Shown here: positions 7,997 to 15,216 of the stretch, piece after piece
Numbering within the stretch: position 1 is the stretch's first letter
Layout of the letters: each line of letters begins with the position of its first letter
Virus record (IMG/VR): IMGVR_UViG_3300025536_000039
Span: 1-24,439 of that record
DNA: 24,439 nt
Source of the DNA: a virus
Lineage: Duplodnaviria; Caudoviricetes
Direction: 5' to 3' (one strand)
Translations under genes and position numbers: made by a program
The notes under the pieces: model-generated
What the model was told of the DNA's origin: nothing
Seen by the model: the letters and a program-made list of their open reading frames with translations, nothing else
Database searches by the model: none

Positions 7997-8488
7997 TTAC
8001 GCTCCTTGGCTGACGTGTTGAATGGCGGCAATATCGTCGATACTGATGCCCAGCGCGGCTTGTTCGGATTGGTAGCGGGTGGCGGCGGCGGCCAGCGTGG
8101 TGGCGGCGTTGGCGCCCGAGGCATGCGCGCCGCCATCCGGCGCTTTGCCACCGGTTTGGGTGCCGGCCAGGGCCGCTATGGGCTGGGCTGTGGCGATAAA
8201 TTGCTGTAGCGCGGCTAAATTGGATTGGCCTAACTCACGCGCCCAGCTCTCCTGGGCGGGCAGTAACTTGCCTACCAACAAGGCCGGTTTCACCAGGTCG
8301 TCAATTTCTCGCGCCTGGTCTTTGGCCTGGAGTGCGGCCAGCTCGGTTTGCATGGCGCTTAAGGCTGTCACCGGGGCAAATTTAGCCGGGTCTGGCGTTT
8401 GCGCGGATAGCTCGGTATTTTGGGCTTTCAGCTGTGCGTTCTCGGCTTCGAGCTCGGCAAGCTGGGCCTGGAGTGCTTCAATGGTCAC
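7997..8488 (-). CDS. Probable internal in-frame scaffold protein (Z-like), 163 aa
   Basis: GAGGA (8500-8496), 7 nt, then in-frame GTG at 8488 immediately before the coiled coil. Confidence 0.6.
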   Translation of the reverse strand: MTIEALQAQLAELEAENAQLKAQNTELSAQTPDPAKFAPVTALSAMQTELAALQAKDQAREIDDLVKPALLVGKLLPAQESWARELGQSNLAALQQFIATAQPIAALAGTQTGGKAPDGGAHASGANAATTLAAAATRYQSEQAALGISIDDIAAIQHVSQGA

Positions 8489-9052
8489 GGTGTTGTCCTC
8501 ATGAGTGATAAGGGGAATGTCAAATTGATCGCCGGCGCCCAGTACGGTGGCCGATGTGTTGCGGTCTGCGCCTAATGCCACCACCGATACCTCGCGGACT
8601 CTACCACCGCGAAAGATGGTGACCGGGCCTGCAAAGGTTTGGTGGTTGACGCTGACGCTGCTGCCAGACGGCACGTCTTCGACGCTGCTGGGCCAGATGC
8701 CCACGGATAATTGCCAGGGGAAGCCTTTGTCCGCTTTGGCGGCCACCATTGCCGCCGCCGCATCGATGTCGGCAAACAGCGTGGCTGCTATGCTCAGGTT
8801 GCCCGCCGTCGTGGCCGTCGTGACGATGCCGACCGTTCCCTCCTGATCATGTCCCAGCAATAGCGGAATGGGGGTGGCTACTGTCAGGCTGGCCAGATCG
8901 ATGACCAGGTTATTCCAGTAACCGTGATCCGTCACCAGGCCGCCGGCATAGGCTATGCCGGTCAATGTCCGTTCGTTGGTTTCCGCCTCGGCAGTAATGC
9001 CCGCCGTGGCCAGGAATTGAAAGGCGTTTTTGGGGTAGGTTTTTTTGTCCAT
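7997..9052 (-). CDS. Prohead protease with C-terminal scaffold (Mu I/Z-like)
   Basis: LLGHD, WQLSVG and REVSVVALGAD protease motifs; coiled-coil C-terminus with GKLLPAQESWA. Confidence 0.9.
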   Translation of the reverse strand: MDKKTYPKNAFQFLATAGITAEAETNERTLTGIAYAGGLVTDHGYWNNLVIDLASLTVATPIPLLLGHDQEGTVGIVTTATTAGNLSIAATLFADIDAAAAMVAAKADKGFPWQLSVGIWPSSVEDVPSGSSVSVNHQTFAGPVTIFRGGRVREVSVVALGADRNTSATVLGAGDQFDIPLITHEDNTVTIEALQAQLAELEAENAQLKAQNTELSAQTPDPAKFAPVTALSAMQTELAALQAKDQAREIDDLVKPALLVGKLLPAQESWARELGQSNLAALQQFIATAQPIAALAGTQTGGKAPDGGAHASGANAATTLAAAATRYQSEQAALGISIDDIAAIQHVSQGA

Positions 9053-9058
9053 GGGCGC

Positions 9059-9104
9059 AGAGTAAAGCCCTGCGCGCGACTAGGGAATGTGAAGTGCTTC
9101 GGGT
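9059..9104 (-). promoter_or_regulatory. Late promoter for the head operon: 21-bp activator box plus -10 TACTCT
   Basis: ACCCGAAGCACTTCACATTCC-N19-TACTCT-N6-ATG. Confidence 0.75.
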
Positions 9105-9122
9105 ACGCTGTGCCGGCAGAGG

Positions 9123-9192
9123 GTGGGATGGGCTGACGTAAGGCAGTCCATCGCTTACCCGCATGGGCTGCGCTTTGCTTAGCCCATCCTAC
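9123..9192. repeat. REP doublet, family C
   Basis: GTGGGATGGGCTGACGTAAGGCAGTCCATC ... ATGGGCTGCGCTTTGCTTAGCCCATCCTAC, an inverted pair. Confidence 0.75.
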
Positions 9193-9203
9193 GGGCTATT
9201 GAA

Positions 9204-9232
9204 TTGAACAATTTGCATAATAAGGATATTCT
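9204..9232 (+). promoter_or_regulatory. Candidate sigma70 promoter of the R-M gene
   Basis: TTGAAC-N17-TATTCT, 62 nt upstream of ATG 9295. Confidence 0.4.
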
Positions 9233-9294
9233 TTACCCATGGCTGGCAACATATCTCCCTGAGAGCCACACAATAAAGGCGAAAGGCAAATCCC

Positions 9295-11619
9295 ATGGCA
9301 AACGAAAGAAAAACCGAAAACATTGTCCGTTCTCACTTTGAAAAATTCAAAAACATTATCCATATTGAAGAACAGGCATCAGATAACGCCAAGATTTCCA
9401 AACTCTTGAAGTCAGCCTCAAAAAAAGCAAGCGGACACGGTAGACCTGAGTTTTTAATTACATTCAACGCTAATTCAGACTTATTAATTGTCGTTGAATG
9501 CAAGGCTGATCTTGCAAGGCACGAAAGTCAAAATAGAGATAAATTTTCTGACTTTGCGGTTGACGGAGCTTTGCTCTACGCATCTTATCTGTCAAAAGAT
9601 TTTGATGTCTTGGCAATCGCTGTCAGCGGTGAAACTAAGCAAAATTTAAAAGTATCCCATTTTTTACATTTAAAAGATGAAAGAAAAGCGACAGAAGTTT
9701 TTGGAGACAAACTTCTGTCAGCCAACGACTATTTAAACGGATACATCAAAAGTCCTGAAAAATTCAGGCAGGACTACAACATACTTTTAGAATTTACTAA
9801 AAAACTAAACGACAAGCTCCATGTTTGCAAAATTCCAGAAAATCAAAGGGCGCTATTAATAAGTTCCATTTTAATTGCATTAGAAGACGATGCTTTCAAA
9901 ACTTCTTATTCCAGGAAGACAACGCCAAAAAGTTTGGCCGATTTTTTAACGAAAACTGTTTCTGAAAAATTAGAAGAGGCTAATATTTCAGGTAAAAAGT
10001 TAGAAAACCTAACTATGCAGTTCGGATTTATCAAAACAGACTCGTCTCTTTCGGTTAAAAATAAAGTTCTAAAAGAACTTATTGACGAAATTGATGAGAA
10101 TATTAACAAATTCATCAAAACGCATGAATATTTTGATGTTCTCGGTCAACTTTATATCGAATTTTTGCGTTATGCCAATAGTGACAAAGGCTTAGGCATC
10201 GTCTTAACCCCGCCGCACATCACCGATTTTTTTGCTGAAATAGCTCAGGTTAATAAAAATTCAATCGCCTATGATAATTGCGCTGGCACCGGGGGCTTCC
10301 TTATAGCCGCCATGAAAAAGATGATTGAAGACGCAAAGGGCGACAGCGATAAAATCAAAGCCATCAAACAAGCTCATCTAATTGGCACAGAATACCAAAG
10401 CCATATATATGCACTGGCCGTCTCCAACATGTACATCCATCAAGACGGCAAAACAAATATCCAGAACGGTAGTTGTTTTGATGCCGATATAATTAAAACG
10501 ACTAAGGCCAAAAAGCCTACAGTCGGTTTCCTTAACCCTCCCTACAAAGGTGATAAGAAAAACGACATTGACGAACTCTCCTTTGTTTTAAACAACCTGG
10601 AATGTCTGGTTGACGGAGGCACTTGCGTTGCTATTGTTCCTATGCAAAGTGCCCTCGCGCAAAGCGGGAAAACCCACGACCTCAAAAAGCAATTGCTCAC
10701 CAAGCACACACTTGAAGCCGTGTTTTCCATGCCAAACGAATTGTTTTTCAATTCTAAAGTAAATGTTGTCACCTGCATCATGGTGTTCACTGCCCACAAG
10801 CCCCACCCTGTTAACAAAAAAACTTTCTTTGGTTATTTTAAAGATGACGGTTTTGATAAACGCAAAAATTTAGGCCGCCTCGATGTATATGACTATTGGA
10901 AAGACAGGATAAAAGTGCAATGGCTTGCCGCCTACATAAATCGCGAAAGTATCCAGGGATTAAGCGTAGTTAAAACCATCACCGCCGATGACGAATGGTG
11001 CGCCGAGGCATACATGGAAACCGATTATTCCGGTTTAACCTTTGAAGATTTTGAAAATACTATCCGTGAATATGCTGCTTCCGTTATCATAAATAGAACT
11101 ATTTCCCTCTCCTCTGTGCAATCCCTACTAAGCGCACTCCCATCCGGCAAAGACAATAAGGCTATTTCTGCCAAGACACCACTTGTTCCGCTAAACGCAT
11201 TGTTTGATACCCGCTATGGGGTCAACATGGAACTCTACAAGTTCGATGAATGCAAAAGTACCGACCCTAATGCCATCCCTTTTGTGTCACGTTCAGAAAG
11301 AAATAATGGAGTTGCCGCATATGTCGAAAAAAGAGTCGGCTACGAACCAAACCCAGCGCATACATTGTCTGTTGCCGGTGGAGGCTCTGTTCTCGCTACT
11401 TTTTATCAAGACAAACCCTATTACAGCGGCAGAGATTTGTATTACCTCACGCCTAAGCGCACAATGAGCGTTGTCGAAATGCTTTATTACTCAATGGCCA
11501 TCAAGGCAAACCGTTACCGATATAGTTACGGGAGGCAAGCCAACAAAACTTTTAAACACATCCTCATTCCTGAAAAGATGCCATCCGAGTTTGACATTGC
11601 TTACGCCAACCATTTCTAA
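9295..11619 (+). CDS. Single-chain restriction-modification enzyme (Type IIG/BcgI-alpha-like nuclease + N6-adenine MTase + one TRD)
   Basis: N-terminal RPEF...VVECK (PD-D/ExK-like), LTPPHI, motif I YDNCAGTGGFL, motif IV NPPY, C-terminal S-type TRD (IPFVSRSERNNGV...TFYQ...YSYGRQ). AT-rich and on the opposite strand. Confidence 0.85.
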   Translation: MANERKTENIVRSHFEKFKNIIHIEEQASDNAKISKLLKSASKKASGHGRPEFLITFNANSDLLIVVECKADLARHESQNRDKFSDFAVDGALLYASYLSKDFDVLAIAVSGETKQNLKVSHFLHLKDERKATEVFGDKLLSANDYLNGYIKSPEKFRQDYNILLEFTKKLNDKLHVCKIPENQRALLISSILIALEDDAFKTSYSRKTTPKSLADFLTKTVSEKLEEANISGKKLENLTMQFGFIKTDSSLSVKNKVLKELIDEIDENINKFIKTHEYFDVLGQLYIEFLRYANSDKGLGIVLTPPHITDFFAEIAQVNKNSIAYDNCAGTGGFLIAAMKKMIEDAKGDSDKIKAIKQAHLIGTEYQSHIYALAVSNMYIHQDGKTNIQNGSCFDADIIKTTKAKKPTVGFLNPPYKGDKKNDIDELSFVLNNLECLVDGGTCVAIVPMQSALAQSGKTHDLKKQLLTKHTLEAVFSMPNELFFNSKVNVVTCIMVFTAHKPHPVNKKTFFGYFKDDGFDKRKNLGRLDVYDYWKDRIKVQWLAAYINRESIQGLSVVKTITADDEWCAEAYMETDYSGLTFEDFENTIREYAASVIINRTISLSSVQSLLSALPSGKDNKAISAKTPLVPLNALFDTRYGVNMELYKFDECKSTDPNAIPFVSRSERNNGVAAYVEKRVGYEPNPAHTLSVAGGGSVLATFYQDKPYYSGRDLYYLTPKRTMSVVEMLYYSMAIKANRYRYSYGRQANKTFKHILIPEKMPSEFDIAYANHF

Positions 11620-11845
11620 GCCCGCAGGATGCGGTGAGGCACGAACCGCATCGTTCGCGAGCGATGCGGTGGGAGCGACGCCCACGTCGCGAATGACGGC
11701 CTTCGGTCGCGACGTGGGCGTCGCTCCCACAGGCGTCGCTCCCACAGACGTCGCTCCCACAGGCGTCGCTCCCACAGGCGTCGCTCCCACAGGCGTCGCT
11801 CCCACAGGCGTCGCTCCCACAGGCGTTTACCGCATCCTGCGGGCT
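11619..11845. repeat. Composite REPIN: family D with a nested family B element
   Basis: Perfect 17-bp outer inverted repeat AGCCCGCAGGATGCGGT/ACCGCATCCTGCGGGCT; the family B doublet starts at 11669. Confidence 0.85.
11717..11826 (+). repeat. Tandem repeat of 7 x 15 bp (GGCGTCGCTCCCACA)
   Basis: Seven contiguous units, the third with one G>A change, plus a partial GGCGT. Confidence 0.95.
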
Positions 11846-11867
11846 ACGAACGACGGGGGCGGGAAGG

Positions 11868-12413
11868 TTAGCGGGCTTTTGTGATGTGCTGGGTGATGGT
11901 GTTGAGGATTTCTTGTTCCCAACTGGCTGGCAAATCAACCGCGCCGTTCCTGATCGGCATGAAGGGGCGGGCGGGGATCGTGGTTTCATGCCCGCCTATC
12001 GTTACCCACTGCTCGAAGTTGGCCCGGCTTTTTTTGGCAAACTTTGATGCGCCGGTGTTTTTGTTGACTTTGAAATAGGCTTTCTGCGAGCGGGCGGCCC
12101 GCTGGAGATTGGCGCCAAACTGGTGAACGGCTGCATACTCCAGATGGGTGCCTATTGCTACGCTGTCGCGGCCGGGGCGGTGGGTTATCGAGGCGCGGAG
12201 GTGGCCCTTATCTAGCAGCGGCTTGCCTGATCGATGCTTTAAAGCATCCCATGGCTTGCCCCATGGATCATGCGAGCCGTTGAAGCCATCGTTGATATGG
12301 CTCACCAGCGCCGCGCCAATGTCGTCAAAAACGGGGTACATATCATCAATCCGCTTGCTCAAGCGCTGCAGGGCCTCGGCCACTTCGCGGCTGTCCAGTT
12401 CGATTTTGATCAT
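11868..12413 (-). CDS. Virion morphogenesis / tail completion protein (Mu gpG-like)
   Basis: DPWGKPW, LLDKGHLRASI, IGTHLEYAAVHQFG and IPARPFMP motifs. Confidence 0.9.
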   Translation of the reverse strand: MIKIELDSREVAEALQRLSKRIDDMYPVFDDIGAALVSHINDGFNGSHDPWGKPWDALKHRSGKPLLDKGHLRASITHRPGRDSVAIGTHLEYAAVHQFGANLQRAARSQKAYFKVNKNTGASKFAKKSRANFEQWVTIGGHETTIPARPFMPIRNGAVDLPASWEQEILNTITQHITKAR

Positions 12414-12528
12414 TGCTTTTTATCCGGGTTGGTGTAATCTATGAGGCGTAACGAATTATCGCGTAAGAAGGTTGGCATTGACTTGCGGTTACAGATAATC
12501 CGGGGTAGAGCTAAATGCCTATGCTCTA

Positions 12529-12576
12529 TCACTCCCTTCTAAATATCAGTACCCCGTCTCGCTTCGATTCAAAATA
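12529..12576 (-). pseudogene. Possible remnant C-terminus of a former MuF toxin tip (PBECR2-like ending)
   Basis: YFESKRDGVLIFRRE*, cut at its 5' side by the REPIN; only 15 aa, so support is weak. Confidence 0.3.
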
Positions 12577-12674
12577 AGCCCGTAGGATGCGGTGAGGCAC
12601 GAACCGCATCGTTCGCGAGCGATGCCCTCTGGGGCACAAGTGCGGTGCACGTTGTTTACCGCATCCTACGAGCT
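12577..12674. repeat. REPIN family D
   Basis: AGCCCGTAGGATGCGGTGAGGCACGAACCGCATC...ACCGCATCCTACGAGCT; about 50 bp match 11617-11667 with one mismatch; internal hairpin TGCCCTCTGGGGCA. Confidence 0.85.
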
Positions 12675-12684
12675 TCGACCTTGA

Positions 12685-12972
12685 TCATGCCGCCTGAGCA
12701 TATTCACGATGCGAAATAGCAACAGCGGCCCGTAACATTTTTACGTCCCATGTTTCCTCGCCTTTATATTCGTCAAGCAGTAATTTGGCTTGTTCATCAA
12801 ATGTACTTAGCATTGATAATTGCTCATTATTCATGGCGGGTTTATTGACTTCTAATATTTCCCTCGCACCTAGCATTTCATGCGTGTCACCCATGTCGGC
12901 GCTCCAATATTCCAAACTAACCGAATATTCGTTTAAGTATTTCTCTAAGTCTGTCACTGATAGCATGTTCAT
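12685..12972 (-). CDS. Acidic 95-aa hypothetical protein, candidate immunity protein of a MuF toxin
   Basis: AT-rich and Glu/Asp-rich; lies shortly downstream of muF. Confidence 0.65.
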   Translation of the reverse strand: MNMLSVTDLEKYLNEYSVSLEYWSADMGDTHEMLGAREILEVNKPAMNNEQLSMLSTFDEQAKLLLDEYKGEETWDVKMLRAAVAISHREYAQAA

Positions 12973-13072
12973 AAACAGTTCGCGTCATGCAACGGGCGGC
13001 GCTTTCCCTATTTCGGCATGCCAAATATGCATGGTTTCTTTTGGGCCGTAAGCGTCAGTGGTAATGCCGTAA

Positions 13073-14533
13073 TCAATTTCCAAATCTAGCGGCATACCGT
13101 GCTGCAATAATTCTTCCGATTTTAGCTGCTGTTGCTCTTGGGTTAGGGTTGTTTTTGAACTCCGACCATGCTTCGGCAATGAACTCTCTGATGTTTTCGT
13201 TTGCATATCCTGATACCTCGCTTTCTATTGTGCGCTGATTGCGCAACGATTTAAATAAATCCAGCACCTCTTGATCTTTGTGTAATAACAATAAATCGTC
13301 TATTTGATGCCCAATTTCATGATCAACAATGCTTTTTAGCGTATCGCACCCAGGTGGGTGGAATGCCGTGTCAACACTATGTTTTAAACTTATGTTTAGA
13401 TCATCAATGCCTTTGGCGGTTGCCGTGTATTTTTCATTAACCGCGATGCCAGACACCCATTCACGTTGCGATGAATGCGCCCATCTCTCAGTTACTTTCG
13501 GCTTTTTTATTTTCCTTTTAGCCCAAAATTCGCCATCAGATGATGACCTGCCCACCTTCACATACTCTTGAACGTACCATTCCGTTTTCTCTTTATGCCA
13601 CCGCGTATATTGCGCCTGACATGACCCGGTAAACAACTGATTTTTTCGCAATTCAGGAAATTCATTGATGCCGTCGAACAGTGCCTTACTCCATTGATTG
13701 ACAACATCAACATCTTTAATCTTGCCAAAATCAGCCACATCGACAACATCATTATTAACCAGCCATTTTTCAGCTTCTTCGACCGTTTTGGCGGGCACAA
13801 ATTCAAGCAGTTTATTCATATCATCAAGTTTAGCATCCAATGCCTGTTTCAACTGCGGCGCCACCTTTCCGGCTTTGTTTTCCACGGCCCGCTTCACCCC
13901 CGCCAAGCGATCACGCGGCGAGTAGTCCCAACCCTTATCTGGCTCAGCCGGTGTAATGCCGTCGGGCAATACCAGCGGCTTGTTCAAGCCCTTGCCCTCC
14001 CCGCTGCGGGCCTGGGCCTGGGCTTCGGTCAGGGAGACCATGGAACACCGGCAGCGGTAGCCATTGGGGGCGCTGTGGGTGCTTAACTGCGGGTCGTCGA
14101 TATGCCAAATCTTGCCATCCAGTGCCAAATGCGCCGGCCTGACCCGGCTGTCGTTGATGGCGTCGTACATGAGGTAGGGGCGGTTATCGCGGTTGCGCTC
14201 AAACTGCTCCCATTTGCCGGCCATGTATTGGCTTTGCAGGTTGGTGCGGTAGATGTTGTCCAGTCGGTGCCTGGGTAGATCGAAGCCTTGCTGGCGCATG
14301 GCCTTTTTCCAGGTGTTGAATGACTGCCCGTCGGTCAGCGCCTTATCCAGCAAGTCTTTGACCTGCTGGATTTGCTCCAGCCCCGCCAGGCCGGACACGG
14401 TAAAGGCCAGTTGACGCGCCACGCCTTGCAGTTCGCCGTAGTAGACATCCGGCAAGACCACTTTCCGCGCCAACGCGGCGGCGATGGCTTCGGCGAAGGG
14501 GAGGTTAAACGCAATGCTAAGTGGCTGGGTCAT
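13073..14533 (-). CDS. MuF minor head protein with C-terminal zincin-like metallopeptidase domain
   Basis: MuF motifs RLDNIYRTN, YDAINDSRVRPAH and PNGYRCRC; C-terminal HEIGH plus SGYA....EFIAEA. Confidence 0.9.
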   Translation of the reverse strand: MTQPLSIAFNLPFAEAIAAALARKVVLPDVYYGELQGVARQLAFTVSGLAGLEQIQQVKDLLDKALTDGQSFNTWKKAMRQQGFDLPRHRLDNIYRTNLQSQYMAGKWEQFERNRDNRPYLMYDAINDSRVRPAHLALDGKIWHIDDPQLSTHSAPNGYRCRCSMVSLTEAQAQARSGEGKGLNKPLVLPDGITPAEPDKGWDYSPRDRLAGVKRAVENKAGKVAPQLKQALDAKLDDMNKLLEFVPAKTVEEAEKWLVNNDVVDVADFGKIKDVDVVNQWSKALFDGINEFPELRKNQLFTGSCQAQYTRWHKEKTEWYVQEYVKVGRSSSDGEFWAKRKIKKPKVTERWAHSSQREWVSGIAVNEKYTATAKGIDDLNISLKHSVDTAFHPPGCDTLKSIVDHEIGHQIDDLLLLHKDQEVLDLFKSLRNQRTIESEVSGYANENIREFIAEAWSEFKNNPNPRATAAKIGRIIAARYAARFGN

Positions 14534-14596
14534 ATCATGGACAGGTTTGAGAAATATTGAGTCCGCGCCTTGATTTCCATTACCGTGCGCATAGTG

Positions 14597-14630
14597 TTGA
14601 CACCTTTAATTAAGTGGTTATAATAACTAC
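14597..14630 (+). promoter_or_regulatory. hicAB promoter and operator
   Basis: TTGACA-N16-TATAAT-N7-ATG; palindrome GTTAT-A-ATAAC overlaps the -10 element. Confidence 0.8.
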
Positions 14631-14631
14631 C

Positions 14632-14814
14632 ATGAACAGCAAGCAATTGATTAAACAACTGGAACAAGATGGCTGGTACTTGGCGCGAGTCAAAGGCTCG
14701 CATCATCAGTTCAAGCATCCGACCAAGCCCGGCTTGGTGACGGTCAAGAGCCCAGACAGCGATATTCCCGCCGGTACGCTGAACAGCATCCATAAACAGG
14801 CGGGATGGAAATAG
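14632..14814 (+). CDS. hicA: HicA toxin (mRNA interferase)
   Basis: MNSKQLIKQLEQDGW...VKGSHHQFKHPTKPGLVTV...GTLNSI.KQAG. Confidence 0.92.
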   Translation: MNSKQLIKQLEQDGWYLARVKGSHHQFKHPTKPGLVTVKSPDSDIPAGTLNSIHKQAGWK

Positions 14815-14823
14815 GAGACTATT

Positions 14824-15216
14824 ATGAAATTTACCGTTGTTTTGCATACCGATGATGGCCGGCATTACGGCGTCATCGTCCCCGATCTGCCCGGCTGTTT
14901 TTCGGCGGGTGATGGCGTTGACGATGCGTTGTCTGCCGTTCTGGAGGCGATTGACCTGCATGTTGAAACGCTGTTGGAAGACGGCGGTGATATTCCGGCG
15001 CGTCTGCCCATTGATGCTCACCAAGACAATCCCGATTATGCTGGCGGCATTTGGGCGGTTGTGGACGCGCCGGTTGAAAAATACTTTGGCCCCGCTGAGA
15101 AAATCAACATTACATTGCCTCGCCTGTTGTTGGCCAGGATCGACGGCTATGCTAAAGCGCATGGTGCAACACGTTCCGGTTTTTTGGCTGCGGCGGCACG
15201 AGCGGCCATGCGGTGA
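14824..15216 (+). CDS. hicB: HicB antitoxin with C-terminal RHH domain
   Basis: YGVIVPDLPGCFSAGD...EAIDLH...KINITLP..LL.RID...TRSGFL; GGAG SD. Confidence 0.92.
   Translation: MKFTVVLHTDDGRHYGVIVPDLPGCFSAGDGVDDALSAVLEAIDLHVETLLEDGGDIPARLPIDAHQDNPDYAGGIWAVVDAPVEKYFGPAEKINITLPRLLLARIDGYAKAHGATRSGFLAAAARAAMR

Noticed and set aside
11717-11826. CRISPR array
   Set aside because: The 15-bp units are contiguous with no spacers and no cas genes are present; the unit is a REP arm.
11471-11989. ORFs with VGATP, GVAPT or CGSDA repeats (also 2124..2507 and 2137..2436)
   Set aside because: They are translations of REP repeats overlapping real genes.
14530-15162. 210-aa minus-strand ORF
   Set aside because: Antisense to clear hicAB genes.
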